This document shows, piece by piece, positions 1 to 13,153 of a stretch of 64,000 nucleotides of DNA. Every line of letters begins with the position of its first letter. The first letter of the stretch is position 1. The stretch is taken from contig CM060734.1 of the NCBI GenBank assembly GCA_030704615.1, positions 4,712,001 to 4,776,000 of the forward strand. Reading direction: 5' to 3'. The DNA is from Takakia lepidozioides. Its lineage: Eukaryota > Plantae > Bryophyta. A program made the translations under genes and the position numbers. The notes below the pieces were generated by a model. That model made no database searches. It was not told the DNA's origin and saw nothing but the letters and a program-made list of their open reading frames with translations.

Positions 1-26
1 ACGGGACGCAAATTCGTCCAACTCAC

Positions 27-1460
27 CTCCCGCATATAGTCGCCAAACTGGAGGAAACGATAATGCCACCATGCTAGCCAACTGACAAACTGTGTCTCTG
101 CATCATCCAAGGTGGGAGCACGCTTCCACGCAAGACACATGGAACGGTGCTCCTCTCTGAAAGCTGGCGCCACGAGCCTGGTTGTGTACTGCGACAAGCT
201 CTGCAGAATATGGAACCCACAAGATCTCTCCTTGCTTTTCATCGGAACATTGGGGTCTTCCCCGTACACCCTTCAGATGGCAGCCCAATTTGCTTGTGCG
301 TTGTCCGCCATGAAACCACGGAAATTGGGAGGGGGCAATCCTGCCCTAGCCATCTGTTTGTTTATTCCCTGCCAAAGAAGCATCTCCGATTGTGTGTCCT
401 CTCTTTTCATCTCACAAATAACAATTGTCATTAGCATCCTGCAGTGGGTGTCATAGACATGTGCACCCATTGTCACCCACTCGTGATTTGTAATTCGCTT
501 GATATGGTCGAACATGACCCAATTGTTTGACAAGTCCCCACTCGTCATCCGGTGGACCAGTTCGACGCCGCTGCCAGGCTCACACGTTGATATTTTGAAT
601 ACGAAACGGCGATCTGCCTCAGTCCCTTGTCCTAGAAACCTACTTCCATGAATGTAGTCATATCCAAATCGTCGCTTCACCTCCAGAATGGAGTGCATAT
701 CCGAGCCACGCCCAATTCTCTGTTTGCAGGAGACAATGTGGTTTTGGACATTCGGTGAACAGACGTGGAACATTGACTCCAGCAATGCCTCCATTTCCTT
801 CTCATCGAGAGGAACTCTGTTGGAGCCGTCTTCCGACATAATTCTGGCCAATGCCATCTTATGGGCGGCCTGCAGCTGTATCTATTTGGGTTTGGCACTA
901 GGTCTCAACTTAACCTCCTCCTACACGAGCTGCTCTGCCTCGTGGGCAGCCTCCCGCGAGTTCCCCCTCGCCAATTTGTGACAATGGGAACCAACGTGTA
1001 TGCAAGCTCGTGTGAGGTCAGGGAAATGGTGCAACACATAGAACTACTTGGCATTACAAATAGACATGCAATGTGGTGGTTCTTTGCAATGCGCACACTT
1101 AATTGTGGATTTTGGAACCTTCTCCTGAGCTCAAAATGGTTGATGAGCTGTGCCTGTCCAATCCGTCTCGTTCCTGTGACCTCTGGATTTAAAGTGGAAG
1201 CAAGTTGGAGAGAAAAACCACAACGCGCCCGCACAAACAACGTAGCGCACCCGCACACCATCGAGCATCTTCATGCTGGTGGTTTTGGTGATGCACCAAG
1301 GATGACCGTCATGTTTCCTATCCATATCTGTCAACATTCCGGACGCCCTCGAATAGTCCGTTCGAGGAGGGAACTCAAAGAAGATATTACCGTCGACGTC
1401 TGCGGGAAGGCATGTAACGGATTTAATTGCAAACTTGCTGTAGTTCAGGAATGCGGCCCC
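27..1460 (-). pseudogene. MULE transposase, N-terminal Cys/His-rich (WRKY/GCM-like) region plus DDE core; stops and frameshifts
   Basis: ORFs 1131-1700 and 273-857: DGHPWCITKTTS..CAG, CAHC..C..C..HVGSH, then WVMFDH, FMADNAQANWAAI, ACGFH, matching the MULE D-D-CxxH pattern. Confidence 0.8.
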
Positions 1461-1849
1461 TAGCCTTTGCGCAATAACTGCCAACGGTATGCAGTCAGAA
1501 GGTATATGACCAGTGCAAATGCGCTGCACAAACCAATAATTGTGGCGTCTGACAAGAAGCGTGGGGGGGCGAGCGTGCAAGCACCTTCCCCATGGACAGA
1601 GGGAACTAACAGAGGTGGCATTACAGTGGGTCTGATTGCAAGATTGAGTGCGAGACCCTCGCTGCCAAAAGTCAACATTCAACAAAATGCAACATTGCAC
1701 AAAAAGTGGAAGTTTGGTTCAAAGGAGACATTTTTATTAATAATGAACTGTGACAAGTATGGATGCCCTCACAAACCAAGGGAAGCCAAAAGTATGCATG
1801 CAATCCATGCTCCGGTAAGTTGGGAATTTGCTCCCGTGTTGCACTGTTC

Positions 1850-2500
1850 TCACCAAGAAGCTGGAACCTCGATTGGCCTCTCAATAAGTTCATGACTGAT
1901 AGGGTGTCGGTAGGTGAAGACAATGGATGCAACCCATTCGCCTTTGGTGTAGTGGACAACGGTGTCATGTCCTCCGATATATGCACCATCGTAAATCGAG
2001 ATCTTTGTTGTGGAGACTCTGTGTCCATAGGACTCATCCTCGTAGCTTATGAGAATGTCCCCATACACTGTTTGCGATGGAATCCTCTCTGGCATATACG
2101 TACACCCGATGCAATCCTCATAGGCCCACTGGCAGCACCTCCAACGATGTAGGAAGGCCGTGCGGCTTTTGGGGATGTTCCATGCTGGCGGAAACTGCAG
2201 ATCAACGATTCGCGGGCACCAAAGCCGCGCAAGCCCCTCCCGGCAAGGCTGATCGTGGAGACTAGGAAGGTACTCAAGAGCGGATAGGTGTACCCTCCTC
2301 TGCTGAGAGTGGTCTATACAATCCTGCAGGTATATGAAAATATTCCCTGACTTGGGCGAGAAGTCCCACGGGGTGAGATGCTTTGCTGGGATCCCGGCAC
2401 GCCATCGCCGACTATTGAAAGGGCTACCAGGAAGCAGAGAGGGTGCACAGGGAAGGGGGAGTGCGGGGAAGCTGAAGTGAGAGGAGCTCGGAGCGAGCAA
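1850..2500 (-). CDS. Unknown-family cargo protein 'ORF X', copy 1
   Basis: 216-aa ORF sharing SGxI, WxCCxW, YGDI, DGxxIxGxD and ELxxR with 18534-19244 and 33486-34199. Confidence 0.65.
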   Translation of the reverse strand: MLAPSSSHFSFPALPLPCAPSLLPGSPFNSRRWRAGIPAKHLTPWDFSPKSGNIFIYLQDCIDHSQQRRVHLSALEYLPSLHDQPCREGLARLWCPRIVDLQFPPAWNIPKSRTAFLHRWRCCQWAYEDCIGCTYMPERIPSQTVYGDILISYEDESYGHRVSTTKISIYDGAYIGGHDTVVHYTKGEWVASIVFTYRHPISHELIERPIEVPASW

Positions 2501-2639
2501 GTGTTTTTGTTGTCTCGGTTTGAAACGCGTGGGTCACGAGCGAAGGTCGGGCAAGTGGTAGAAAAAGAGCAACATTTAATATAGCCGTACCCAGGAATGA
2601 GGGGCAGTATTTAATTCGACATGGCGTCAAATCAGAGGG

Positions 2640-3890
2640 TGACGACACCTCGCCGACAGAGAACATCCCACGGAGGGAAAAATGGCGCCAAATTTCCATA
2701 CGAGGCCCGTCAGATGAAGTCGTCTTGGGGGGAGAGGCCGACACCTGGCCGACGGAGAACATCCCGCGGATGGAAAAACGGCGTCGAATCTCCATCCGAG
2801 GCCGTTCGGATGAAGTTGTCTCGGGGGGAGAGGCCGACACCTGGCCTACAAAGAATATACCCCGGATGGCAAAACGGCGCCGAATTTCCATACGAGGCCC
2901 ATCGGATGAAGTCGTCTCGGGGGGAGAGGCCGACACCTGGCCGACAGAGAACAGCCCTCGGATTGAAAAACGGCCCCGAATTTCCATCCGAGGCCGTTCG
3001 GATGAAGTCGTCTTGTGGGGAGAGGACGACACTTGCCCGACAGAGAATATCCCTCGGATGGAAAAACGGCGCCGAATTTCCATCCGAGGCCGTTCGGATG
3101 AAGTTGTCTCGGGGGGAGAGGCCGACACTTGGCCGACAGAGAATATCCCCCGGATGGAAAAACGGCGCCGAATTTCCATACGAGGCCCGTCGGATGAAGT
3201 CGTCTCGGGGGGAGAGGCCGACACCTGCCCGACAGAGAACATCCCGCGGATGGAAAAACGGCGCCGAATTTCCATCCGAGGCCGTTCAGGTGAAGTCGTC
3301 TCGTGGGGAGAGGCCGACACCTGACCGACAAAGAACATCCCCCGGATGGAAAAACGGCGCCCAATTTCCATATGAGGCCCGTCGGATGAAGTTGTCTCGG
3401 GGGGAGAGGCCGACACTTGCCCAACAGAGAACATCCCTCGGATGGAAAAACGGCGCCGAATTTCCATCCGAGGCCATTCGGATGAAGTCGTCTCGTGGGG
3501 AGAGGATGACACCTGCCCGACAGAGAACATCCCTCGGATGGAAAAACGGCGCCGAATTTCCATCCGAGGCCGTTCGGATGAAGTTCTCTCGGGGGGAGAG
3601 GCCGACACCTTGCCGACAGAGAACATCCCCCGGATGGAAAAACGGCGACGAATTTCCATACGAGGCCCGTCGGATGAAGTCGTCTCGGGGGGAGAGGCCG
3701 ACACCTGCCCAATAGAGAATATCCCTCGGATGGAAAAACGGTGCCGAATTTTCATCCAAGGCCGTTCAGATGAAGTCGTCTCGTGGGGAGAGGACGACAC
3801 CTGCCCGACAGAGAACATCCCTCGGATGGAAAAACGGCGCCGTATTTCCATCCAAGGCCACACGGATGGAGTCATCTCGGGGGGAGTGGC
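2640..3890. repeat. 96-bp tandem array (~13 units), each with a GGAAAAACGGCGCCGAATTTCC palindrome variant
   Basis: 32-aa periodicity in overlapping ORFs; CCGAC(G/A)GAGAAC recurs at 96-bp spacing (e.g. 2749, 2941). Confidence 0.95.
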
Positions 3891-4039
3891 CAAAAGAGAT
3901 CATTTGCAAGATGGAAAAACGGCGCCGAATAAAAAAAAACAGACGCCCGTATCGACCCTTCATCAACAATTTTCATTCGTTTTTCGCGTTTTTTTGTCTA
4001 ATCAGTCACTCAACTTAGAGTTTCTCGCCTGCGGTCCAG

Positions 4040-4325
4040 GATGGAATTCGGTGCCGGATGTCCATCCATGAGGTGGACCGACTTACTTGCAGGATGGAAA
4101 TTCGGCGCCGGTTTTCCATCCTGCAGCACTCCGGTTTACCTGCAGGATGAAAATTCGGCGCCGGTTTTCCATCCGGCCGAGCTTCGACTTGCCTGCAGGA
4201 TGGAAATTCTGCGCCGGTTTTCCATCCGGCTGCTTTTGGATGAGAACGTCTCGGGCGGAGGGAGGGCTACGGTGCGTCCCACTTCATCCGCTGAATGGAA
4301 ATTCGGCGCCGTTTTTTCCATCCAA
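4040..4325. repeat. Short (~50-bp) degenerate tandem repeats with the GGAAATTCGGCGCCG motif
   Basis: Repeated CAGGATGGAAATTCGGCGCCGGTTTTCCATCC; homologous to 46356-47575. Confidence 0.75.
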
Positions 4326-4789
4326 CGGGCTGTTGATGAAGTCTCGGGGGGAGGGTGGGCCAGGTGGCGCCTGTGGGCGACCTCCATACATTAAATGTCC
4401 TCCGCCGTCTGTTTTGAACCGGATGTTCCACACGGATACCGCGCTTGCTTCCCGGATACGCCTTCAACACCTGATGTGACGGGTGGATGAAGTTCCATTC
4501 GAGGCATGTACGCACGCATTCTGCGGGAGATTTTTTCTTTTACTCGGACTTATGCCGCGTGGAGAAGGGCGTGGCTCTCCTGAGAGAAACCCCACATCCA
4601 GACCGCGTCGCAAACTGAAGCCTTTGTACTACGGGCGGCAATGCCGACCAGCCGAACGGCGACAAAACGGCAACGTGCCTTCTGTACAGGTACATACGCG
4701 TTGCCTTTCTTTGATCCGTGGCCATTGTAGTCCCTACATTTCCAGGATGTAAGTTGCCTTATGTGGCGCATGAAAATTAGTTGTGAAGC

Positions 4790-5122
4790 CCCTAGAAAAA
4801 TGGCGCCGAATTTCCTGTTTCCGGCCATGGGGCGGATGGCTAAGCCCCGGGGGTGGCTGGCACAGTCTGGAAATTCGGCGCCATTTTTCCAGTTCCGGGC
4901 CCAGTCAGTTCTAGGACTTAGCCATTTTTGGACCCTGTACTGGAAAAATGGCGCCATTTTTCCAATACAGGGTCCGAAAATGGCTAAGTCCCTGGGGCGG
5001 ATGGCACATATTCTGGAAATTCGGCGCCATTTTTCCAGTTCCGGGCCCAATCATTTCAGGGACTTAGCCATTTTCGGACCCTGTACTGGAAAAATGGCGC
5101 CATTTTTCCAGTACAGAGTCCG
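4790..5122. repeat. Remnant of the intronic GGCTAAGTCCC/GGCGCC repeat array
   Basis: GGACTTAGCCATTTT and AAATTCGGCGCCATTTTTCCAG units like those at 22830-23817. Confidence 0.75.
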
Positions 5123-6490
5123 ATACCTCCATGAACGCTTTTTGATATGGTAAACATTTTGCTAGAGTATATACTTGCTGTACCTGACTGAAGCCAAGTT
5201 ATGGAACATAATACAATATCTTATGTTGTGTTCTTTGTTTACATACTGTTTAGAAATATCTGCAGATATACAATGTAACCATGGGTGATGAAATTCAGCA
5301 ATCTGCTGCTTGCTACTCAACACCTTGTTACCACATTTATACAATGGCCCTAGACCTAAACCAGGTCTTGGGGCAAAAAAACAAGGTATGATGTCATACC
5401 CCTTATGTGTAAATGTTGTACAAGGATGTCTGCTGCTTTGATATGGGATAAGGTTACATAAAAACTGGAATTTCCTTTCCAGACTGTCAATGTAATCATG
5501 GGGAGTAAATCTAGCAAGGTGAACAAGAATTTCCGCTATGAACTGTTGTTAATGTTACATCTGAAACATACACAGACATGGGATACATGACTGGGTCCCT
5601 GTTTGGATGAACATTAAAGTGACTCATATAGTTAGGCGGATCTTTATGTAGGAGGTCATATGGTGTGCCAGCCATTGGGCTCTAGGCCAAGTATGTTGTT
5701 TACTGCAGGCCCTATGTTTTTCTGGATTTCTTTATAGTCTGTGATAATCAGTAATCACTTGCTGCTCAAAACCTTTTGAATCCACTTATACACTGGCCCC
5801 AGACTGAAACCAGGTCTTGGGGCAAAAAACAAGATGTGTGGGCATTCCCTTCATGTGTAAATGGTTTAGAAACTGTTTACTGCTCTGATCTGGCCATTAT
5901 GTTACATAAAAATTGGAACTTCTTCTCCAGTTTGTTAATGTGAGCATGGGTGGTAAACTTAGCAAGATAAACATGGTTTTCCTACTATGAACTGTTTCTA
6001 ATATTCCATCTGAAGCATAGCCTTGATTGGGTCCGTGTCTGGATGAATATTAAACTGAATCATATAATGAGGTGGATCTCTATATATCTCTATATATCTG
6101 AAGACTTGCCTTCTTGCTTTGCATAGTGGTAACGTAGCAATATGTATAACTGATTGCTACTCAACACCTTGTTACCACATTTATACAATGGCCCCAGACC
6201 TAAACCAGGTCTTGGGGCAAAACAACAAGGTATGAGGTCATACCCCTTATGTGTAAATGGTTCACAATCTGTATGATGCTTAGATATGGCCATAAGTTTA
6301 CATAATAACTGGAACTTCCTTTTCAGAGTGTTAATGTAATCATGGGGAGTAATGTTACTAGGATAAACAAGTTTTTCCTGCTATGAATAGTTGCTTTGTT
6401 ACATCTAAAAGCATACCCAGACATGTGATACATGATTGGGTCCATGTTTAGACAAACATTCTAATGAAGCATATATTGAAGCGGATTTTT
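5123..6490 (+). repeat. AT-rich dispersed repeat with ~400-450-bp internal degenerate repeats
   Basis: 5123-6030 is a direct copy of 59283-60190. The motif ACAATGGCCCCAGACCTAAACCAGGTCTTGGGGCAAAA (or a close variant) recurs at ~5341, 5790 and 6185. Confidence 0.8.
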
Positions 6491-6789
6491 ATATAATCCC
6501 ACCCCCCCCACCCAGAGATTTCATGAACCGTGGGATCTGTTATATGTCATCAGACTGGTTTATGAATGAAGAGTGATTGATAGTGCCTCGTTATGAGGCT
6601 GATTTATCGTAAAATTTGACAAAGACCTTGTTTGGTCTTGTTCATGTCTCGACAAGACATTTTATCTTCCCTCTCTGTTCCTTAGACCAGTGTACTGAGT
6701 GGTGTCTGTACACATTATCAGTCACTCTCCCTTCTATTTCCAGATCTGTTTATGACATACTAACACACTTTTTTTGGCCATGACAGAAG

Positions 6790-7800
6790 GTGACCAAACA
6801 CATGCCTGAATGGAGCGAGGACCCCATGACAATGGGGTACCAGCCCCCACTACCTCCTCCGATTCCAGTAGTACAAGCTACCTTGCTGCAAATCACTCCA
6901 AGTGATTTCCATTCCACAGTGCAAACGATGGATTCTGCAGCTATGAACAGTTCAGGTGATGACAACCCTGTTTTATTGCTTGAAACATTAGCCCTGGAGG
7001 ATTGGCTAGCTCTTGGAATTTGTGCAAACAGAGGCGGCAAGTACCTTGAAAGACTCAAGGAGTACAATGCCAAATTGGCTAAGATATTGGAGCAGGATGC
7101 TAGTGAACTGTCTTACTGGGAGAAAAAATGAGCTGCAATTGAAGAAGCACTTAGGCTTGCAAACCCGGATGATGAACAGCCTGCTTCCACATAGAAATCT
7201 TCCAATGCCATGGAAAAAGATTTTATTCCATCAGTGACTAACCATCCTATTCTAGGACATATGATTCTGCCTGAAGGAGAAAAAGATGCAGTAAGGGATT
7301 TCTGTGAGCAGGTTGAGCTCTCTCAAGTGGAGCAAGAGAGAGGGCTGCTGGAGCAACACCTGGTAACCTACAGTTCGTCCCTTGGTTGCCTCCAAGGGCC
7401 GTGGAGCTCGAGGTAGCAAATAACGACCACATGATGTGGCATCCGCATGCAAACATCAATCTGATGGCTCCCATATCAATTGATATGTGGGTAAAATGGG
7501 CCAACCTCACACCTGTAGAATGCAACATGTGTGCAACAGATGCAAAAGAAGGCTTCCAGAGGTTCAAAAAAGAACCACTTGCGGTCTCATGGGCGGGCGT
7601 TCAGGCCGTGGGCAAAGCTCCTCCCACAACTCTGAAAATTCAAAGGCCTTCACCAGAACTTCATACGGAGGTTTTGGCTCCAATTCAAGCACCACTGTCA
7701 ATATCGGCAGCCAAGAGTCTTTTCGGACTAGACAAAGCAATGGGGAGGTGTCCCCAATCCACAAGAGAGACTTCAATTCTTGGATGGACCTGTGAAGAAC
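6790..7800 (+). pseudogene. Degenerate coding-like remnant of unknown identity, interrupted by MULE A
   Basis: Consecutive same-strand ORF pieces (6790-7131, 7210-7416, 7386-7800). No motif recognised. Confidence 0.25.
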
Positions 7801-8007
7801 GGGGGCTGCTATTTCATGAGCGGCATGATCATGAGCGGAAAAAAAAAAAAAAAAGCATGAGCAGACCATTGTAAGTCCGGAAATAGGGTTAGGAGGCACG
7901 GACGGAAATAGGGTCATGTGAAGTTGGAATGTGGCACCAGTGGACTTGAAATGCAACATTTTATTGCATTTACTTAGCCATTTTAGGCCCCGAACTAAAA
8001 CAATGGC

Positions 8008-8039
<32 letters not shown>

Positions 8040-9149
8040 CGGTGCCATTTTACCAGTTCGGGGCCTAAAATGGCTAAGTCCCAGATCTGACTGGGCCCGG
8101 AACTGGAAAAATGGCGCCGAATTTCCGATTTTGGTGCAGCCCACTAGGGACTTAGCCATTTTCGGCCCTGAAAGTACCCACTGGCTATGCCTCTGCTTTC
8201 AAAAAACATGTGGTCAAACAAAAGTTGAGCCAATTGAAGTCGCTTAGTACTTGAGATGGAGAGTGGGTGAGGTCTGTATGGTGGAGTCTTTTAGCAAAGG
8301 TGCCATTGGCTGACTATATAACGTGATAGAATGGTTTCTCCTCTTTTCACCATTTCCGTATCACTAGAAGAAGACCTGCTTACATCTATAAGTGCAAGGT
8401 GTTAGCATAGTTAACACTTGTGTGTGGAAGAGAGCTTGATAGATAGCTCTTAAGTTACAAGCTGTTGCAGGGTTTGCAAGAAGAAAGTCTTGTGGTGTTT
8501 ATGTACAAGAAGAGGTCTTCAAGAAGAGCATCATTGAAAGTTTGAGAGCTTGTGAAGAAGCTCTTGTTCTGCAAGTGTTGCAGGGTTTGAGGAGTTCAAG
8601 AAGAGCTCGGGTGTTAAGGAAGCAAGTGGTGCATGTGTGGAGTATGGTTTCAGCTTGTGGGAGTCTTCAACTTCCATTTTCCAGTTCGGGGCCGAAAATG
8701 GCTAAGTTCCAGATCTGATAGGGCGCGGAACTGGAAAAATGGTGTCGAATTTCCAGTTGCGGTTCCAGCCATCGTAGGGACTTAGCTATTTTCGGGGCCC
8801 GGAACTAGAAAAATGGCGCCATTTTTCCATTTCGGGGCCAAAAATGGCTAAGTCCCACATCTAACTGGGCCCCGAACTGGAAAAATGGAGCCGAATTTCC
8901 GATTTTGGGTGCCAGTCAGATCTGGGACTAAGCCGTTTTCGACCCCGAAATGGAAAAATGGCGTTTTTATTTTTTATTTTTTTATTTTTTTATTTTTATT
9001 CGGCGCAATTTTTCCAGTTCGGCCGAAAATGGCTAAGTCTCAGATCTGACTGGGCCCAGAACTGGAAAAATGGCGCCGAATTTCCGATTTTGGGTGCCAG
9101 TCATATCTGGGACTTAGCCGTTTTCGGCCCCGAACAGGAAAAATATCGT

Positions 9150-9186
<37 letters not shown>

Positions 9187-9984
9187 CCAGCGCCATTTAT
9201 CCAGTTCGGGGCCGAAAATGGCTAAGTCCCAGATCTGACTGGCACCAAAATCGGAAATTCGGCGCCATTTTTCCAGTCATGCAGGTAATTCGAAGAGCGG
9301 ATGGATGGAAATCCGGCGCCGGATTCCATCCACCAGGTAAGTCGGCGCGCAAAATTTCCGTCATGCAGGTAATTCGAAGAGCGGATGGATGAAAATCCGG
9401 CGCCGGATTTCCATCCATCCGCTCTTCGAATTACCTGCATGACTGGAAAAATGGCGCCGAATTTCCGATTTGGGTGCCAGTCAGATCTAGGACTTAGCCG
9501 TTTTCGGCCCCAAACTGGAAAAAAGGCGTTTTTTTTTTTTTTTTTTTTTTTTTTTTCGGCGACATTTTTCCATTTCGTTGCCGAAATTGGCTAAGTCCCA
9601 GATCTGACTGGCACCAAAATCGGAAATTCGGCGCCATTTTTCCAGTCATGCAGGTAATTCGAAGAGCGGATGGATGGAAATCCGGCGCCGGATTTCCATC
9701 CACCAGGTAAGTCGGCGCGCAAAATTTACGTCATGCAGGTAATTCGAAGAGCGGATGGACGGAAATCCGGCGCCGGATTTCCATCCACCAGGTAAGTCGG
9801 CGCGCAAAATTTTCGTCATGGAGGTAATTCGAAAAGCGGATGGATGAAAATCCGGCGCCGGATTTCCATCCATCCGCTCTTCGAATTACCTCCATGACTG
9901 GAAAAATGGCGCCGAATTTCCGATTTTGGGTGCTAGTCAGATCTGGGACTTAGCCGTTTTCGGCCCCGAACTGAAAAAAAAGAC

Positions 9985-10022
<38 letters not shown>

Positions 10023-10729
10023 CGGCGACATGTCTCCATTTCGTTGCCGAAATTGGCTAAGTCCCAGATCTGACTGGAACCAAAATCGAAAATTCGGCGC
10101 CATTTTTCCAGTCATGCGGGTAATTCGAAGAGAGCGGATGGATCAAAATCCGGCGCCGGATTTCCATCCAGCAGGTAAGTCGGCGCGCAAAATTTCCGTC
10201 ATGGAGGTAATTCGAAGAGCGGATGGATGAAAATCCGGCGCCGGATTTCCATCCATCCGCTCTTCGAATTACCTCCATGACTGGGAAAATGGCGCCGAAT
10301 TTCCGATTTTGGGTGCCAGTCAGACCTGGGACTTAGCCGTTTCCGGCCCTGAAAAAAAAAAAGCCGTTTTTTTTTTTTTTTTTTTTTTCGGTGACATTTT
10401 TCCATTTCGTTGCCGAATTGGCTAAGTCCCAGATCTGACTGGCACCAAAATCGGAAATTCGGCGCCATTTTTCCAGTCAAGCGGGTAATTCGAAGAGCGG
10501 ATGGATGGAAATCCGGCGCCGGATTTCCATCCACCAGGTAAGTCGGCGCGCAAAATTTCCGTCATGCAGGTAATTCGAAGAGCGGATGGATGAAAATCCG
10601 GCGCCGGATTTCCATCCATCCGCTCTTCGAATTACCCGCATGACTGGAAAAATGGCGCCGAATTTCCGATTTTGGGTGCCAGTCAGATCTGGGACTTAGC
10701 CGTTTTCGGCCCCGAACTAAAAAAAAGGC

Positions 10730-10762
<33 letters not shown>

Positions 10763-11271
10763 GGCCACGTTTTTCCATTTCGTTGCCGAAATTGGCTAAG
10801 TCCCAGATCTGACTGGCACCAAAATCGGAAATTCGGCGCCATTTTTCCAGTCATGCAGGTAATTCGAAGAGCGGATGGATGGAAATCCGGCGCCGGATTT
10901 CAATCCACCAGGTAAGTCGGGCGCGCAAAATTTCCGTCATGCAGGTAATTCGAAGAGCGGATGGATGGAAATCCGGTGCCGGATTTCCATCCACCAGGTA
11001 AGTCGGCGCGCAAAATTTCCGTCATGCAGGTAATTCGAAGAGCGGATGGATGAAAATCCGGCGCCGAATTTCCATCCACCAGGTAAGTCGGCGCGCAAAA
11101 TTTCCGTCATGGATGTAATTCGAAGAGCGGATGGATGAAAATCCGGCGCCGGATTTCCATCCATCCGCTCTTCGAATTACCTGCATGACTGGAAAAAAGG
11201 CGCCGAATTTCCGATTTGGGTGCCAGTCAGATCTCGGACTTAGCCGTTTCCGGCCCCGAACTGAAAAAAAG

Positions 11272-11302
<31 letters not shown>

Positions 11303-11628
11303 CGGTGACATTTTTCCATTTCGTTGCCGAAATTGGCTAAGTCCCAGATCTGACTGGCACCAAAATCGGAAATTCGGCGCCATTTTTCCAGTCATGCCGG
11401 TAATTCGAAGAGCGGATGGATTTCCATCCACCAGGTAAGTCGGCGCGCAAAATTTCCGTCATGGAGGTAATTCGAAGAGCGGATGGATGAAAATCCGGCG
11501 CCGGATTTCCATCCATCCGCTCTTCGAATTACCTCCATGACTGGGAAAATGGCGCCGAATTTCCGATTTTCGGTGCCAGTCAGACCTTGGGATTTAGCCG
11601 TTTCCGGCCCCGAACAAAAAAAAAAGGC

Positions 11629-11659
<31 letters not shown>

Positions 11660-12375
11660 CGGTGACATTTTTCCATTTCGTTGCCGAAATTGGCTAAGTC
11701 CCAGATCTGACTGGCACCAAAATCGGAAATTCGGCGCCATTTTTCCAGTCATGCGGGTAATTCGAAGACCGGATGGATGGAAATCCGGCGCCGGATTTCC
11801 ATCCACAAGGTAAGTCGGCGCGCAAAATTTCCGTCATGCAGGTAATTCGAAGAGCGGATGGATGAAAATCCGGCGCCGGATTTCCATCCATCCGCTCTTC
11901 GAATTACCTGCATGACTGGAAAAATGGCGCCGAATTTCCGATTTTGGGTGCCAGTCAGATCTGGGACTTAGCCGTTTTCGGCCCTGAACTGGAAAAAAGG
12001 CGCTTTTGTTTTGGTTTTTTTTTTTTTTTTTTTTTTTTTCGGCGACATTTGTCCATTTCGTTGCCGAAATTGGCTAAGTCCCATATCTGACTGGCACCAA
12101 AATCTGAAATTCGGCGCCATTTTTCCAGTCATGCAGGTAATTCGAAGAGCGGATGGATGGAAATCCAGATTTCCATCCACCAGGTAAGTCGGCGCGCAAA
12201 ATTTCCGTCATGCAGGTAATTCGAAGAGCGGATGGATGAAAATCCGGCGCCGGATTTCCATCCATCCGCTCTTCGAATTACCTGCATGACTGGAAAAATG
12301 GCGCCGAATTTCCGATTTTGGGTGCCTGTTAGATCTGGGACTTAGCCGTTTTCGGCTCCGAACTGGAAAAAAGGC

Positions 12376-12407
<32 letters not shown>

Positions 12408-13118
12408 CGGCGACATTTTTCCTTTTCGTTGCCGAAAATGGCTAAGTCCCAGATCTGACTGGCACCAAAATCGGAAATTCGGCGCCATTTTTCCAGTCAT
12501 GCAGGTAATTCGAAGAGCGGATGGATGGAAATCCGGCGCCGGATTTCCATCCACCAGGTAAGTCGGCGCGCAAAATTTCCGTCATGCAGGTAATTCGAAG
12601 AGCGGATGGATGAAAATCCGGCGCCGGATTTCCATCCATCCGCTCTTCGAATTACCTGCATAACTGGAAAAATGGCGCCGAATTTCCGATTTTGGGTGCC
12701 AGTCAGATCTGGGACTTAGCCGTTTTCGGCCCCGAACAAGAAAAATGGCGTTTTTTTTTTTTTTTATTAATTTTACGCCACATTTTTCTATTTCGTTGCC
12801 GAAAATGGCTAAGTCCCAGATCTGACTGGCACCAAAATCGGAAATTCGGCGCCATTTTTCCAGTCATGCAGGTAATTCGAAGAGCGGATGGATGGAAATC
12901 CGGCGCCGGATTTCCATCCACTAGGTAAGTCGGCGCGCAAAATTTCCGTCATGCAGGTAGTTCGAAGAGCGGATGGATGAAAATCCGGCGCCGGATTTCC
13001 ATCCATCCGCTCTTCGAATTACCTGCATAACTGGAAAAATGGCGCCGAATTTCCGATTTTGGGTGCCAGTCAGATCTGGGACTTAGCCGTTTTTACGGCT
13101 CCGAACTGGAAAAAATGC

Positions 13119-13153
<35 letters not shown>

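Larger units (their letters stand above)
1..5122. mobile_element. MULE copy A0 (partial, internally deleted; left end outside window, no right TIR)
   Basis: 1-560 is near-identical to the transposase of copy B (21810-22420). 4550-4630 matches 47760-47840 and is joined directly to sequence matching 22713-22780/50905-50970, so the ParB exons are deleted. It carries family palindrome arrays and ends abruptly at ~5122. Confidence 0.8.

Noticed and set aside
2424-3893. 489-aa and overlapping repetitive ORFs
   Set aside because: By-product of a 96-bp (multiple of 3) tandem array that is open in several frames on both strands.
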